In this document: positions 17,901 to 26,660 of the stretch, in pieces | How the letters are laid out: each line of letters opens with the position of its first letter | Numbering within the stretch: the stretch's first letter is position 1 | Source: a virus | IMG/VR virus record: IMGVR_UViG_3300003690_002850 | Location: 1-64,000 of that record | Length of the DNA stretch: 64,000 bases | Direction: 5' to 3' (one strand) | Position numbers and translations under genes: made by a program | Notes under the pieces: generated by a model | Database searches by the model: none | What the model saw: only the letters and a program-made list of their open reading frames with translations | Told to the model about the DNA's origin: nothing

Positions 17901-18612
17901 CTGATAGATATAATAAATCAGATTTATTTATTAAGATATTTGCTAGACCAGGAGCAGTAGTTCCGATACCAACATTAACATCAGGGTCTGTTGTTGGTTT
18001 ATTATGTAAAGTTATTTTGTCATTATCTAAAGTAAAACTAAGCCAAGATCGGTTATCAGTAGTTGGAGTAATAGTTATCCATTTAGCTGCTTCATCTTGA
18101 TGATATGGTGCACTTAGATAGTACGTCTCACTATTATATGTTTGAGTTATAAAAAGCGCCTCTCTTTTATTTAAAGGCTTATCAGTTAGACCGGCATTAT
18201 TGGTCGGGGCTGGTATACTACTAATATGAAAAGTAAAGAAAAATTGACTACTTAAATTACTAAATTCTGACGAATCTACGAAATTAGACTTTACAAAACC
18301 ATCAGGAGAAGTATAGTCATTTTTTAGGTACTTATCTCCGTGTTTTATTGTTGTAGTAAATGCACTAACAGCATTAGTTGTAAATGGTAATTTAAGTTCT
18401 GCTATCGTAGATAATTCTTGTAAATCTGTTAATGAATATTGTGTATTAAAATTTGTTTTTTTATCTTTTAAATTTCTATTAAAATAATATTGATTTGTAA
18501 TTAATCCAAAATTAAAATTTTCTCTATATTTACGTAGTACTATTGTTGCATCGTGTATATGACGATACTCAATTATCGGTAGAGAGCTACTATCAATAAT
18601 TTGTACTTTCAT
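14992..18612 (-). CDS. Large virion structural protein with LamG/ConA-like segments
   Basis: 1206 aa; SINFWL and YNHFFINVSLTNGYMELFVNG motifs; baseplate cluster context. Confidence 0.6.
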   Translation of the reverse strand: MKVQIIDSSSLPIIEYRHIHDATIVLRKYRENFNFGLITNQYYFNRNLKDKKTNFNTQYSLTDLQELSTIAELKLPFTTNAVSAFTTTIKHGDKYLKNDYTSPDGFVKSNFVDSSEFSNLSSQFFFTFHISSIPAPTNNAGLTDKPLNKREALFITQTYNSETYYLSAPYHQDEAAKWITITPTTDNRSWLSFTLDNDKITLHNKPTTDPDVNVGIGTTAPGLANILINKSDLLYLSAPGAWQNAIADLNASFFTVSRNLLTKDFKTLPSNFNKYKSGPNVDNVSLTNVTPVSNNYFVFNNNYNYYQDNSENKFIAHVDFFPLKNQATLHEYYSENNHYNYEADTNNRVYEKINAGVHQQHGYDKIGLSYNIGTYDINFKPNKLTYFTTPNSISPYTVLNINDSKIENLGSVPGSNPLMSDKVFKRREVVKNNSFSDDVNPMYLCSWLSGNSDGNTRWVDRYYNPLASNFSQALSGTSHYRVITAAGAETTETFDVSSSLTFEPNNDYGYYHVGGHDYEKLFRAYNTKYNKTTETEYLNYKGVPIPETYIKRDREIILDGNNLARNKTDIQGDMSINFWLHTKDNNKPFCYQLLGNYFDDGIGIFNTDLVTPNIILPVNNTTDKNSLSKKHFSKLLFLNNDFEVYDYIILKEGNQEVTIDGIARKDNFSEYYVLAHTWKVSTVYDSAEYMQRDVECQKRKEHIIYIFNNNNHLIGKIENLKDSDIEIDDFEVDEDKLDVLFAPVGEFKHFTYNTKKNIFSDTVAVKDWYPSTWTQVSTACPGYVENPASRTVPGKKGKLIRKDGVVYKFEVDKNGNGNEVILDNNNVPWVIRQDDPGDEANIQTHIKKLDKKHVTDYRGAGTDKTNRILAGLDKRSKINSILNDDENNIIVLHDENVISILDNNRKLIRTREFCSLKWTIGATYIDLIYDFEGGEYKKYILLIQEFDGGARLSKLDPETLRIVYSKKLNGINIASLKLTKTVTSYGYLKKIGANKNRLKVVLKKKPKFSSTGKYYKQKSIIDFDFSTLNPGYNHFFINVSLTNGYMELFVNGKSVSKVNFSAGKYALANVLETGLYVGAVSTPFYLTLANKLLQEKKYFVHNAKIKGFKIYNKTMNYFDMLAHYNYHVKDKDVIWSYPLGQRTYIDTIDKLFKFNYPEKLANKYKVDIQHTDISDRLLQDKIQKRVAMELQKITPYFDEVENITIT

Positions 18613-18614
18613 TA

Positions 18615-19670
18615 TTAGAACATCCTTACACCAGAAAATGATGATCCGTTTGCTATTAGTGGAGCATTATATCCTGTTCTACCACTGGCGCCGTATTTTA
18701 TAAGAATAATATCATCATTTGTTACTTCATCGACAAAGCTAAAATCATAGATATGTTTGTTTGAACCTATTTTTTTCGGATAACTTTTACGCACCGGATT
18801 ACCACTAATAAATATCTCGATCGGTATATCATCAGTGGTATATATTATCTCTATATAAGCATTAAACGATATTGTACTTGTTGAAAATGATCCAATACTA
18901 GGATATGTCATTTTAAATGGATCACGAACTAAAGTACCAATAGCTGGATCGATAGCTGTTCTATTAAAGGAAAGATTACCGCTAGTAGGAAGTGATATAT
19001 TATTTCCTGTAACTGATACTTTAAAGTTTACAGAGTTTACTGTTGATGATGTTTCTGATAATAGACGAGCTGGCATTGTGACAATGTCTGCATCTGTACC
19101 ATCTTCCATAACTGTAAGATCTGCTGGGCGGTTGTCATACCATTCCCAGTCTTTCTTTTGGCTACTAATAGTAGCAGAATGCCATGATTTGTCTTTAAAT
19201 AATCGTAATTTTGCGCCAGGTTTAAGAGCCACTGTTTGAGGTGTTTCTAACAGAGCTGTAATTTGACCTAACCTCGCTAATATATTTTGTATATCGCCTC
19301 GGTTCTGGCCTGGTAGAGCTGAAAGAGCTGTTCCACCTGAATCATCTGATAATGCAGTGTATGCCTCATAATTACGTTTACTAAGTTCTATACTTCCTTT
19401 TAAATCGGAATATGTAGGTTTATGATCTTCGTCTGTATCTGTTCTTAATAACTTATACCCACCAACTGTCATGAATTGTTTATTACCGACATTATCACCT
19501 CTACCAGATATTAAATGATAAAAACTAATATTATCAACACCAATGACGAAATCTTTAAAGTCTAATAGCTTAGTACCATTATTAGTTTCGACAATTAGCT
19601 TATCTGTTTTTAATATCTCAGTCCCGATATCTAAATCAGATATATTTACAATTTCGTCTTCTATAGCCAT
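18615..19670 (-). CDS. Tail fibre/baseplate-associated protein
   Basis: VNISDL...DKLIVETNNGTK N-terminal motif typical of fibre-type proteins; TAAATA-5nt-ATG. Confidence 0.55.
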   Translation of the reverse strand: MAIEDEIVNISDLDIGTEILKTDKLIVETNNGTKLLDFKDFVIGVDNISFYHLISGRGDNVGNKQFMTVGGYKLLRTDTDEDHKPTYSDLKGSIELSKRNYEAYTALSDDSGGTALSALPGQNRGDIQNILARLGQITALLETPQTVALKPGAKLRLFKDKSWHSATISSQKKDWEWYDNRPADLTVMEDGTDADIVTMPARLLSETSSTVNSVNFKVSVTGNNISLPTSGNLSFNRTAIDPAIGTLVRDPFKMTYPSIGSFSTSTISFNAYIEIIYTTDDIPIEIFISGNPVRKSYPKKIGSNKHIYDFSFVDEVTNDDIILIKYGASGRTGYNAPLIANGSSFSGVRMF

Positions 19671-19685
19671 ATAATTATTTAGTCG

Positions 19686-20795
19686 TTAATAATCTACAAA
19701 TGCAGTTATCGTACTTATTCCGGTAGTAATAGTATTACAGCTCTGTGGGTCATATACATCTACCATAAAATAACCACCAATAGGTAGTTGTGAAACGGAT
19801 ACACCAGTTCCTACATTAGTAAAATAATAATATTGTGAATCCGCTAATGAGGTTCTTGTTCCTGTTATATCTAATAATGGTATTGATATTATTTTTTTAG
19901 CTAAATCTGTATCTTTAAGTAAATCTCCAGCGTTCCAATTTAAATACCCAGTCAAATGCACAAACGATGAATTAGCAGTAAGAGGTACATAAAGAGCCTC
20001 ATCTGGATTTGCAGGGTATGAAATGGTACCAAGATCAGGATGAGCAGCACGTGTTCTATATCTTAGAGTTATATTATCGTTATCTTTTTGTTTTTTATTA
20101 ACTGGATTAGTGACATCGTGGATTGCTACTATAATATCTTGTCCTGTATTAGATTCATTTGCATCTACTCGTACGTATTCTGTAGTGAACCCAACGTTAA
20201 ACGATTCAGAACTAATAGTTTGACTGTATGTTAATGCTGGGTCAAATTCACTTCTTGCTACAGAATTAATATCTATTAAGTTTAATCCTAATACTTCTGG
20301 ATTTTTATTAATAAAGGTTAATAGAAGTTTTTCGTCTGTAGAGTTTTTTGTATTAAAATAATCAGTATTAATTAAATTAACATCTTCAAATGTCTCAATA
20401 CCGGGTTGATTCATTGTGAATTGAATATCAATCATATCAACTATAAGATCATCTCTATATAAAGTTAAATATACATTTTTTATAGTATTATCAATTGGCT
20501 CAGTTTCAAGAACATGGACGAATGTATTTGTAGATATAGCAGGTATTGAAGTTGTTAGTATTGGTCTATTTATTATTAATTCATTAGAACCATCTTTCTC
20601 AAAATCAACAATTATTTTATTAAGTTTTCTAGTTGCATGATCATCGTACGCTGAAAGTCCAGATAAAGAAAATGTTACACTAGTGGTACCAGTGAGTGAG
20701 ACAGAAAACGTAGAGAGAGTGCTCGTAGCAGTTGGAGTACCGTGGGTGAGTCCACTGGAATTTCCTCCGGTAACTGTATATGCGTACGTATTCAT
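19686..20795 (-). CDS. Virion structural protein
   Basis: S/T-rich 369 aa ORF in structural operon. Confidence 0.55.
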   Translation of the reverse strand: MNTYAYTVTGGNSSGLTHGTPTATSTLSTFSVSLTGTTSVTFSLSGLSAYDDHATRKLNKIIVDFEKDGSNELIINRPILTTSIPAISTNTFVHVLETEPIDNTIKNVYLTLYRDDLIVDMIDIQFTMNQPGIETFEDVNLINTDYFNTKNSTDEKLLLTFINKNPEVLGLNLIDINSVARSEFDPALTYSQTISSESFNVGFTTEYVRVDANESNTGQDIIVAIHDVTNPVNKKQKDNDNITLRYRTRAAHPDLGTISYPANPDEALYVPLTANSSFVHLTGYLNWNAGDLLKDTDLAKKIISIPLLDITGTRTSLADSQYYYFTNVGTGVSVSQLPIGGYFMVDVYDPQSCNTITTGISTITAFVDY

Positions 20796-20796
20796 G

Positions 20797-23700
20797 TTAT
20801 TGACTCAAGCTACTCTGTGCGATGTGATCTACAAATCCTAAATCTGTATTTTGTGTGTTGGGTATTCCTTCTTTTGTTCGCCAGTCCCAAGCAGCTTCAT
20901 TTGTATATTCTGTACCGTCGGTATGGTCTTTGTAAGCAAATCCGTCATCATCATACCACATAGCTGCACCATGGCCTCCGTGCTGATTAGCTTTCATTGC
21001 CTCTTCTAAAACATTTCCATGAACAATAAAACAATCGCCCCATGATATAGTATTATTGTGACTAATTCTTGATCCCCACTTTCTGAAAAAGGTTATACCA
21101 TTTGGGAATTCATTGTTAACATCCTCTCTGTAGCTTAATTGATCATAAGGATAATATTCGACTCTTCCAAATAATTGGCCCCATATTTGTTTCTCTATTT
21201 CAGTTTTATCTTCATTTGTGGTAGTGTAGTTTAGAAATTCATTTACAGCTTTTGGTGATTGGGTGTCACTTTCAATTCTATAATGACGGAGATCGGTTTG
21301 AATTATATCCCATGTAGTTACTGAACATTTACCTACCTTAGTTATAGGCTCAGGTGTAGGAAAGTCTTCTTCCTCATCTCCGTCAACGGCACCGCATGCT
21401 CCGAGTAATGTAGCTTCTTCATCATTAAGCCATACAGCTTCTTTGACCCATGTTCCTGTAAATTCACCGGATGGTGTCGGCGCTGTTGGATGGTTGGCGT
21501 TGCCCTTCTCAAAGTATTCGAAATTCCAGTTGGCTTCAATACCACTAATCTTACTAGCAAGGTCTAGAAAGCTTTTATTAAACATCATGTCCGATTCCTC
21601 TCTAATATAATCTATTGGAACGTAGTCTGGTAGGATCAGTCCTTCTCCACCTAAACTTGTTTCCCAGGTGATTGCATACTTACGACCTTTTATTATTGAT
21701 TCGGTTAGCATATCTCCGAAAATAGGAGCTGCCGTACGATGCCAACCGCTGAGCCATCTTTTTGGTCGATTATCAGTGGGCGCACCAGGTTCGGTTTCTG
21801 TTAAAAGTAGAAACCAACCACTGCATTTTGATGTAGTAGGCTTTAATACTGTTGGAGATTCATCGGGAGGACCAGGTATATCATTTCTTCTTTTTGTAAC
21901 ACCTGTCCATTTTGCTTCAACTTCACTATCTACAAATTCCGGTATTTTACCACATAAAGTAATTCTGTCGATAAGAGATTGGCGTTTTATTAACATTGTA
22001 ACATCGACAGGATCTGCAGTAGGCATAGTAACTAAATCTCTTCTTAAATTAGCAGATGATTCTTCTAGGTATTCTACTGTAGTTATATTATCTATTTTTT
22101 CTATTGATTTAATTGGATCGCCCATTTTTACACCTGTTACTTTAAATGAGAGTAATTCAAAATGACTAGTATATTCTGATGTTGTAAATGATAATCCTAC
22201 ATTAATAGGTGCAATTAATCCCTGTGATGGAGTTCTTCCACTCGGGTAAAGGTTAATATCGTCGGCATTGTCAATAATAATTGGAGGTGGTTCTATATTA
22301 GTAGTTATTGGTGCATTATATGGTGCTGGTATTACTGTTGGTGTTATATCAATAGATGGAGTCATCTCAATAATTATACCCTCATCAGTAGGTTCTGGTT
22401 TCCATGGTCTTCTGGGTCGGTCGTAGCGTGGTGTAGGTGGGCGCCCAGGAAGGAGTCCTCCAGGATCTGGATATGTTGGTGTCCACTGTTCTTCTGGATC
22501 AGTCGGTAATTCCGGGCTTATAGGTGGATCTGATGAGATCGTCTCGACCGGTACCGTTGGAGGTTTTACCGGATCACCTGGAGCTCCAGGATCATGTGGT
22601 GGTCGTCCAGGATCTGGATACAGCGGATCAAACCATCCAGTTCCTCCACCTCCGCCAGGATCAAAGTAAGCCATTTTACTAATGGGACGAGGAACGTTTG
22701 CCCCAGGGTATTTACTAGCAGGAGTTCGACTACCCCAAGGATAAGGTACAGGAACTACTGCGCCGCGTGGTCGGGTTGCCGGTGGATTAAATTGTTGATT
22801 ATAATATCCAGACCATGGGCTATAAAATATTCCTTTTTCATTCTTTACACTATTTAAATCAAATTGTAATATTGTATTATAATCAGTAGTACTTGTAAGT
22901 TTATTATATACTGTTACACGAGTACCCTTATGGGTAAGATCAATTCTATAATCTTGAAAATCTACATCAGAACCAGTACTGTTAGCTGATTGTTGATGCA
23001 TAGAGACAGCGCTAGCTGCAACTGTTGATATTGATATGCATGTTAATACTCTTGTAAAGGTATCTCTATTAGACCGAATTCCTACTGAACATGGTGCTGT
23101 TGTGTTAGTAAACCCGCCTGAATGTTTTCCATGGCTCCATCTTCCAGGGCCGCCACCAGCAGATAGCCAACCTTCTTTACCTTCTGAAGTGGTGCAAAAA
23201 TCACCTTTAATATCAAACCCTACACCTAAAAAACTATTAGCAGGTTCTCCATACCCCTTGTGGGTCGGATCGGCCCCTGCGTTATTAATAACTAGACCTG
23301 AAACATCTTTTAGTTCACCCTCAATCTCACTTACTACACTACTTGCTTTTGCATAGCCTAATGTACTACCTATTCCTTGAGGCTCAACAACACCAGCTAA
23401 AGGGTTCCTATAAAAAAATGCACAAAAACCTTCCCCAGCTCCAGATAGACCACTCAATGCGGTAGCAGTATCTATCCATCTAGATGGCTGTGGATCGTCT
23501 TTGTCAGATTGAATTGATTTATAAGCGGTCATTAAGGGTACCTGAAATGACTTAGCTGTGAAATCTACACGAATATCATAATTAGGGTCGAATGCTGCAT
23601 ATTTAGGATTATACGTAATATAGCCCCCTGACCATTGAAACGTATGTTGACGAGTTGCAGTAAGACAAGTTGACTCACTACTACCACCACCTACGCCTTT

Positions 23701-24330
23701 ACGACAATACCCCATTAAATTAAAACCTAAACTATCATTATAATCGATATGTGTAGGCTTAATAACATAATCTGTTACTCTTTCTGCATGAGATGTATCA
23801 ACCTCTTCATTGAATCTAAGTGGGTTACCACCTATAAGAAAATCAGAATTTAAATACCCGTTTTTAAATGTAAATATATTATTTTCTGCTTTAGCTTTAG
23901 GTATATATGACCGGGCATCTAATAAATAAAAATTGGTATCTATATATTGAAAAATATAACTTAAAACTCCAAAACCATCAGACGTAGCAGCATATCTACC
24001 TATACACGTAACTGAATATCTATCTGAGGTTTTATTATAATTTATAAGCGGTTTTGTAATGGCGGAAAAATTTGTGTTTTCGCCATAATAATTACTTGGA
24101 AGTAAGTCGAATAAATCACTTCTATTATCAGTTGCAAACGTGTCAAGATTTTTAGGGTATATTATTGATTGATAATTTGTATTTTTGTTTATTTTATATA
24201 CTATAGGTAATGCACCAAAAACGGTATCTGGTCCTTCACATCTTTTACCTGAAATAGAGCTTACCTTACAAACAAACATTTCCTTTGTTTGATCATTATA
24301 AAAAACGTCTGATTGTTTTGTTGTGAACAT
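20797..24330 (-). CDS. Structural protein with L-type lectin (ConA-like) domain interrupted by a Pro-rich insert
   Basis: GEGFCAFF, STLGY, FLGVGFD and later VGLSFTT..HFELLSF motifs. Confidence 0.6.
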   Translation of the reverse strand: MFTTKQSDVFYNDQTKEMFVCKVSSISGKRCEGPDTVFGALPIVYKINKNTNYQSIIYPKNLDTFATDNRSDLFDLLPSNYYGENTNFSAITKPLINYNKTSDRYSVTCIGRYAATSDGFGVLSYIFQYIDTNFYLLDARSYIPKAKAENNIFTFKNGYLNSDFLIGGNPLRFNEEVDTSHAERVTDYVIKPTHIDYNDSLGFNLMGYCRKGVGGGSSESTCLTATRQHTFQWSGGYITYNPKYAAFDPNYDIRVDFTAKSFQVPLMTAYKSIQSDKDDPQPSRWIDTATALSGLSGAGEGFCAFFYRNPLAGVVEPQGIGSTLGYAKASSVVSEIEGELKDVSGLVINNAGADPTHKGYGEPANSFLGVGFDIKGDFCTTSEGKEGWLSAGGGPGRWSHGKHSGGFTNTTAPCSVGIRSNRDTFTRVLTCISISTVAASAVSMHQQSANSTGSDVDFQDYRIDLTHKGTRVTVYNKLTSTTDYNTILQFDLNSVKNEKGIFYSPWSGYYNQQFNPPATRPRGAVVPVPYPWGSRTPASKYPGANVPRPISKMAYFDPGGGGGTGWFDPLYPDPGRPPHDPGAPGDPVKPPTVPVETISSDPPISPELPTDPEEQWTPTYPDPGGLLPGRPPTPRYDRPRRPWKPEPTDEGIIIEMTPSIDITPTVIPAPYNAPITTNIEPPPIIIDNADDINLYPSGRTPSQGLIAPINVGLSFTTSEYTSHFELLSFKVTGVKMGDPIKSIEKIDNITTVEYLEESSANLRRDLVTMPTADPVDVTMLIKRQSLIDRITLCGKIPEFVDSEVEAKWTGVTKRRNDIPGPPDESPTVLKPTTSKCSGWFLLLTETEPGAPTDNRPKRWLSGWHRTAAPIFGDMLTESIIKGRKYAITWETSLGGEGLILPDYVPIDYIREESDMMFNKSFLDLASKISGIEANWNFEYFEKGNANHPTAPTPSGEFTGTWVKEAVWLNDEEATLLGACGAVDGDEEEDFPTPEPITKVGKCSVTTWDIIQTDLRHYRIESDTQSPKAVNEFLNYTTTNEDKTEIEKQIWGQLFGRVEYYPYDQLSYREDVNNEFPNGITFFRKWGSRISHNNTISWGDCFIVHGNVLEEAMKANQHGGHGAAMWYDDDGFAYKDHTDGTEYTNEAAWDWRTKEGIPNTQNTDLGFVDHIAQSSLSQ

Positions 24331-24350
24331 TTATTAAATTATTTACTATG

Positions 24351-26660
24351 TTATGTGCTCAAAACTAGTGTTTTAGAGCTCGCATCGACCTTAAATACTT
24401 TATCTTCAAATTTATATTTTTCAGTTATCGTTTCCGCAGATGTTTGTATATATATTGTGCTCTCTACAATATCAAAATCTACAATATTACTTGTTGACAA
24501 TATATTAGATTTTGTGTTACCCGTCGCAGAGCCGTCTGTCCAACCGTCAGTATGTTTATTAAACACATTTACAAACACCGTTGACAATGGTTCAACTAAT
24601 TGTGTCGCTACATTTCTTACATAAATTTCACCGGCGTTTACATATTGTTGTTGGAATAATGGTATTGGTGTAGCAGCAAAATCATTAAGAGATGTACTTT
24701 CAAATTTAGTAGCATTATTTGTATAAATAGCAGTTGTATTTATTACAAAATACGGGACTGTTGTTTCTTGGAAATTTATTGACATTAAATCTGTTCCAGT
24801 TCCGGGATGGTTTTTAAACGAACCACAGTCTATAGCAGATGTAGCTGAAACAGAATTACACGACAAAGCGTTAGTTTGAGCTTCAGTACAGTTTGCTGCT
24901 GAGAATGGAGCACTAAAATTGTCATTAGCACCATCAGCACAACGTGTAGTTTTACTTACTATAAATGTATCATACATACCTGTGACGCTACTATATAGAG
25001 TACCACTAGTTCTATATTCTGCAGAGGATATTGCAGTTAGTAGTGTGTCAAAAAATAAACCGTCATAATATTCTGCGGTTGTAATACATGCAGTAGTAGT
25101 GGTGGCGGCCGCAGCAATATGTGCTGCATCGGCTTTTCGTTTTGGATATACAGATTTTACAAAATAAAATTCATTACCATAAATATCACTTCTTATTTTT
25201 ATTCCTGTTTTATTATAAATTAATAAATCATCTAATCTGGTCGTTTCAGGATATACATTTAAATCCTCTATTGGATATGTATCATCATTTAACCATACAA
25301 CATGAGTTGGATCATCACTCCAAAAGCTTATTGCATCTTCTTTCTTATTAATACCTGTAAATGAATAATCTAAACTATTTTCTTTGCTTTGATAACCATA
25401 GTTACGTAATAATTTATTATTATAAATGTTAACGCCTGGATTAATGTTATCGTTTTTAAATTGAGCATTTTTAGCTTTATATTTAAAAGGTGGTTTTCTT
25501 TTTCTATATATGTTTCTAAGTATTTGACCGGTAGTACTATTTTTAATATCACCGACACATTTAACACCTGATTCAAATTTAGACGGGTCAGGTAAGATAT
25601 ATTCATGACCACGAAGACTTGATAATTCTATTGAATAAGTTAAATTGCTTGAATGAAATACAGTTATTCCAGTATTATAAAAAGACAATTGTTGAGGATA
25701 TATTTCATTATGTTTAATGTTAATTAATTGTTTGAATAAATTTGGACTATATCTTTGAGAAAGGTTATTTGTCGTGTTGGTGTGCTCAAATAATTTATTT
25801 ACTTCTTTAGCTACACTGTTTATGTAGTAAAGATCATTAGAGACATATTTTCTAATTAAATCTCGTTCAATAATAAATTTTAAATTACTGAGGGTTTTTT
25901 CTTCATCTTTAAAATATCTAACTGGAAGTCTCTCATAATTTGAAAATAGTTGATTTATACCTAGTGTGCTATTAAGTGAACCTATATTATTTATTGTGAC
26001 TTTTACTGGCTTTCCATTTGTATTAACTGTTAGCACTTGACTGATATTAGGTACTTCATCTATAACTCTTTGCGGGATATTTAAGATAAGATTTTTATCT
26101 ACTTTATGAAAATTATATACAAACTCATCTGATGCATATGTATGTAAATTAATAGTAAAATTGTTTGCTATTTTTGGTAAGTTGATATCACTTACAAGAG
26201 TTTCAGTCCCTTCAGTAACAAACGCATCATCACTAAGTAATCGTATAATAAAGTTTTTAAGATACTTTGTTATTCCTATTTTTGAAGATTTAAGTTTGTT
26301 TTTTATTTTAGTGAATTTAAGTTCTTCTCTTAAATTACGAACATTTTTTAATTGATCTTTTATTATTACAGAATAATAGTGTACTGCTAGTTCTAATTCA
26401 TAAATGTTATTACTTTTAATTCGATCAAGAAATCTTACTATATTATTATCTATTGTGCTAAGATTTATATTTTTAAGAAATTGTGTATATGTATTTTTAA
26501 CATAAAGGTCATCATCTGTTTGTCTCTGTAATTTTTCTGTTTTCCATTCAGTAAGATAATTATTATATAGTATGGATAATTCTGACGCATCAAAAGAATC
26601 TTCATAATGACTTCTCCATTCTTTATATGATAACGGATTATGTGTGTGTTGTAATACCAT
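24351..26660 (-). CDS. Baseplate/virion structural protein
   Basis: 769 aa; PLSYKEW N-terminus, SDIYGNEF motif; operon context. Confidence 0.55.
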   Translation of the reverse strand: MVLQHTHNPLSYKEWRSHYEDSFDASELSILYNNYLTEWKTEKLQRQTDDDLYVKNTYTQFLKNINLSTIDNNIVRFLDRIKSNNIYELELAVHYYSVIIKDQLKNVRNLREELKFTKIKNKLKSSKIGITKYLKNFIIRLLSDDAFVTEGTETLVSDINLPKIANNFTINLHTYASDEFVYNFHKVDKNLILNIPQRVIDEVPNISQVLTVNTNGKPVKVTINNIGSLNSTLGINQLFSNYERLPVRYFKDEEKTLSNLKFIIERDLIRKYVSNDLYYINSVAKEVNKLFEHTNTTNNLSQRYSPNLFKQLINIKHNEIYPQQLSFYNTGITVFHSSNLTYSIELSSLRGHEYILPDPSKFESGVKCVGDIKNSTTGQILRNIYRKRKPPFKYKAKNAQFKNDNINPGVNIYNNKLLRNYGYQSKENSLDYSFTGINKKEDAISFWSDDPTHVVWLNDDTYPIEDLNVYPETTRLDDLLIYNKTGIKIRSDIYGNEFYFVKSVYPKRKADAAHIAAAATTTTACITTAEYYDGLFFDTLLTAISSAEYRTSGTLYSSVTGMYDTFIVSKTTRCADGANDNFSAPFSAANCTEAQTNALSCNSVSATSAIDCGSFKNHPGTGTDLMSINFQETTVPYFVINTTAIYTNNATKFESTSLNDFAATPIPLFQQQYVNAGEIYVRNVATQLVEPLSTVFVNVFNKHTDGWTDGSATGNTKSNILSTSNIVDFDIVESTIYIQTSAETITEKYKFEDKVFKVDASSKTLVLST

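Noticed and set aside
20797-24330. Diversity-generating retroelement target in the lectin protein
   Set aside because: No reverse transcriptase and no template/variable repeat pair seen in the window.
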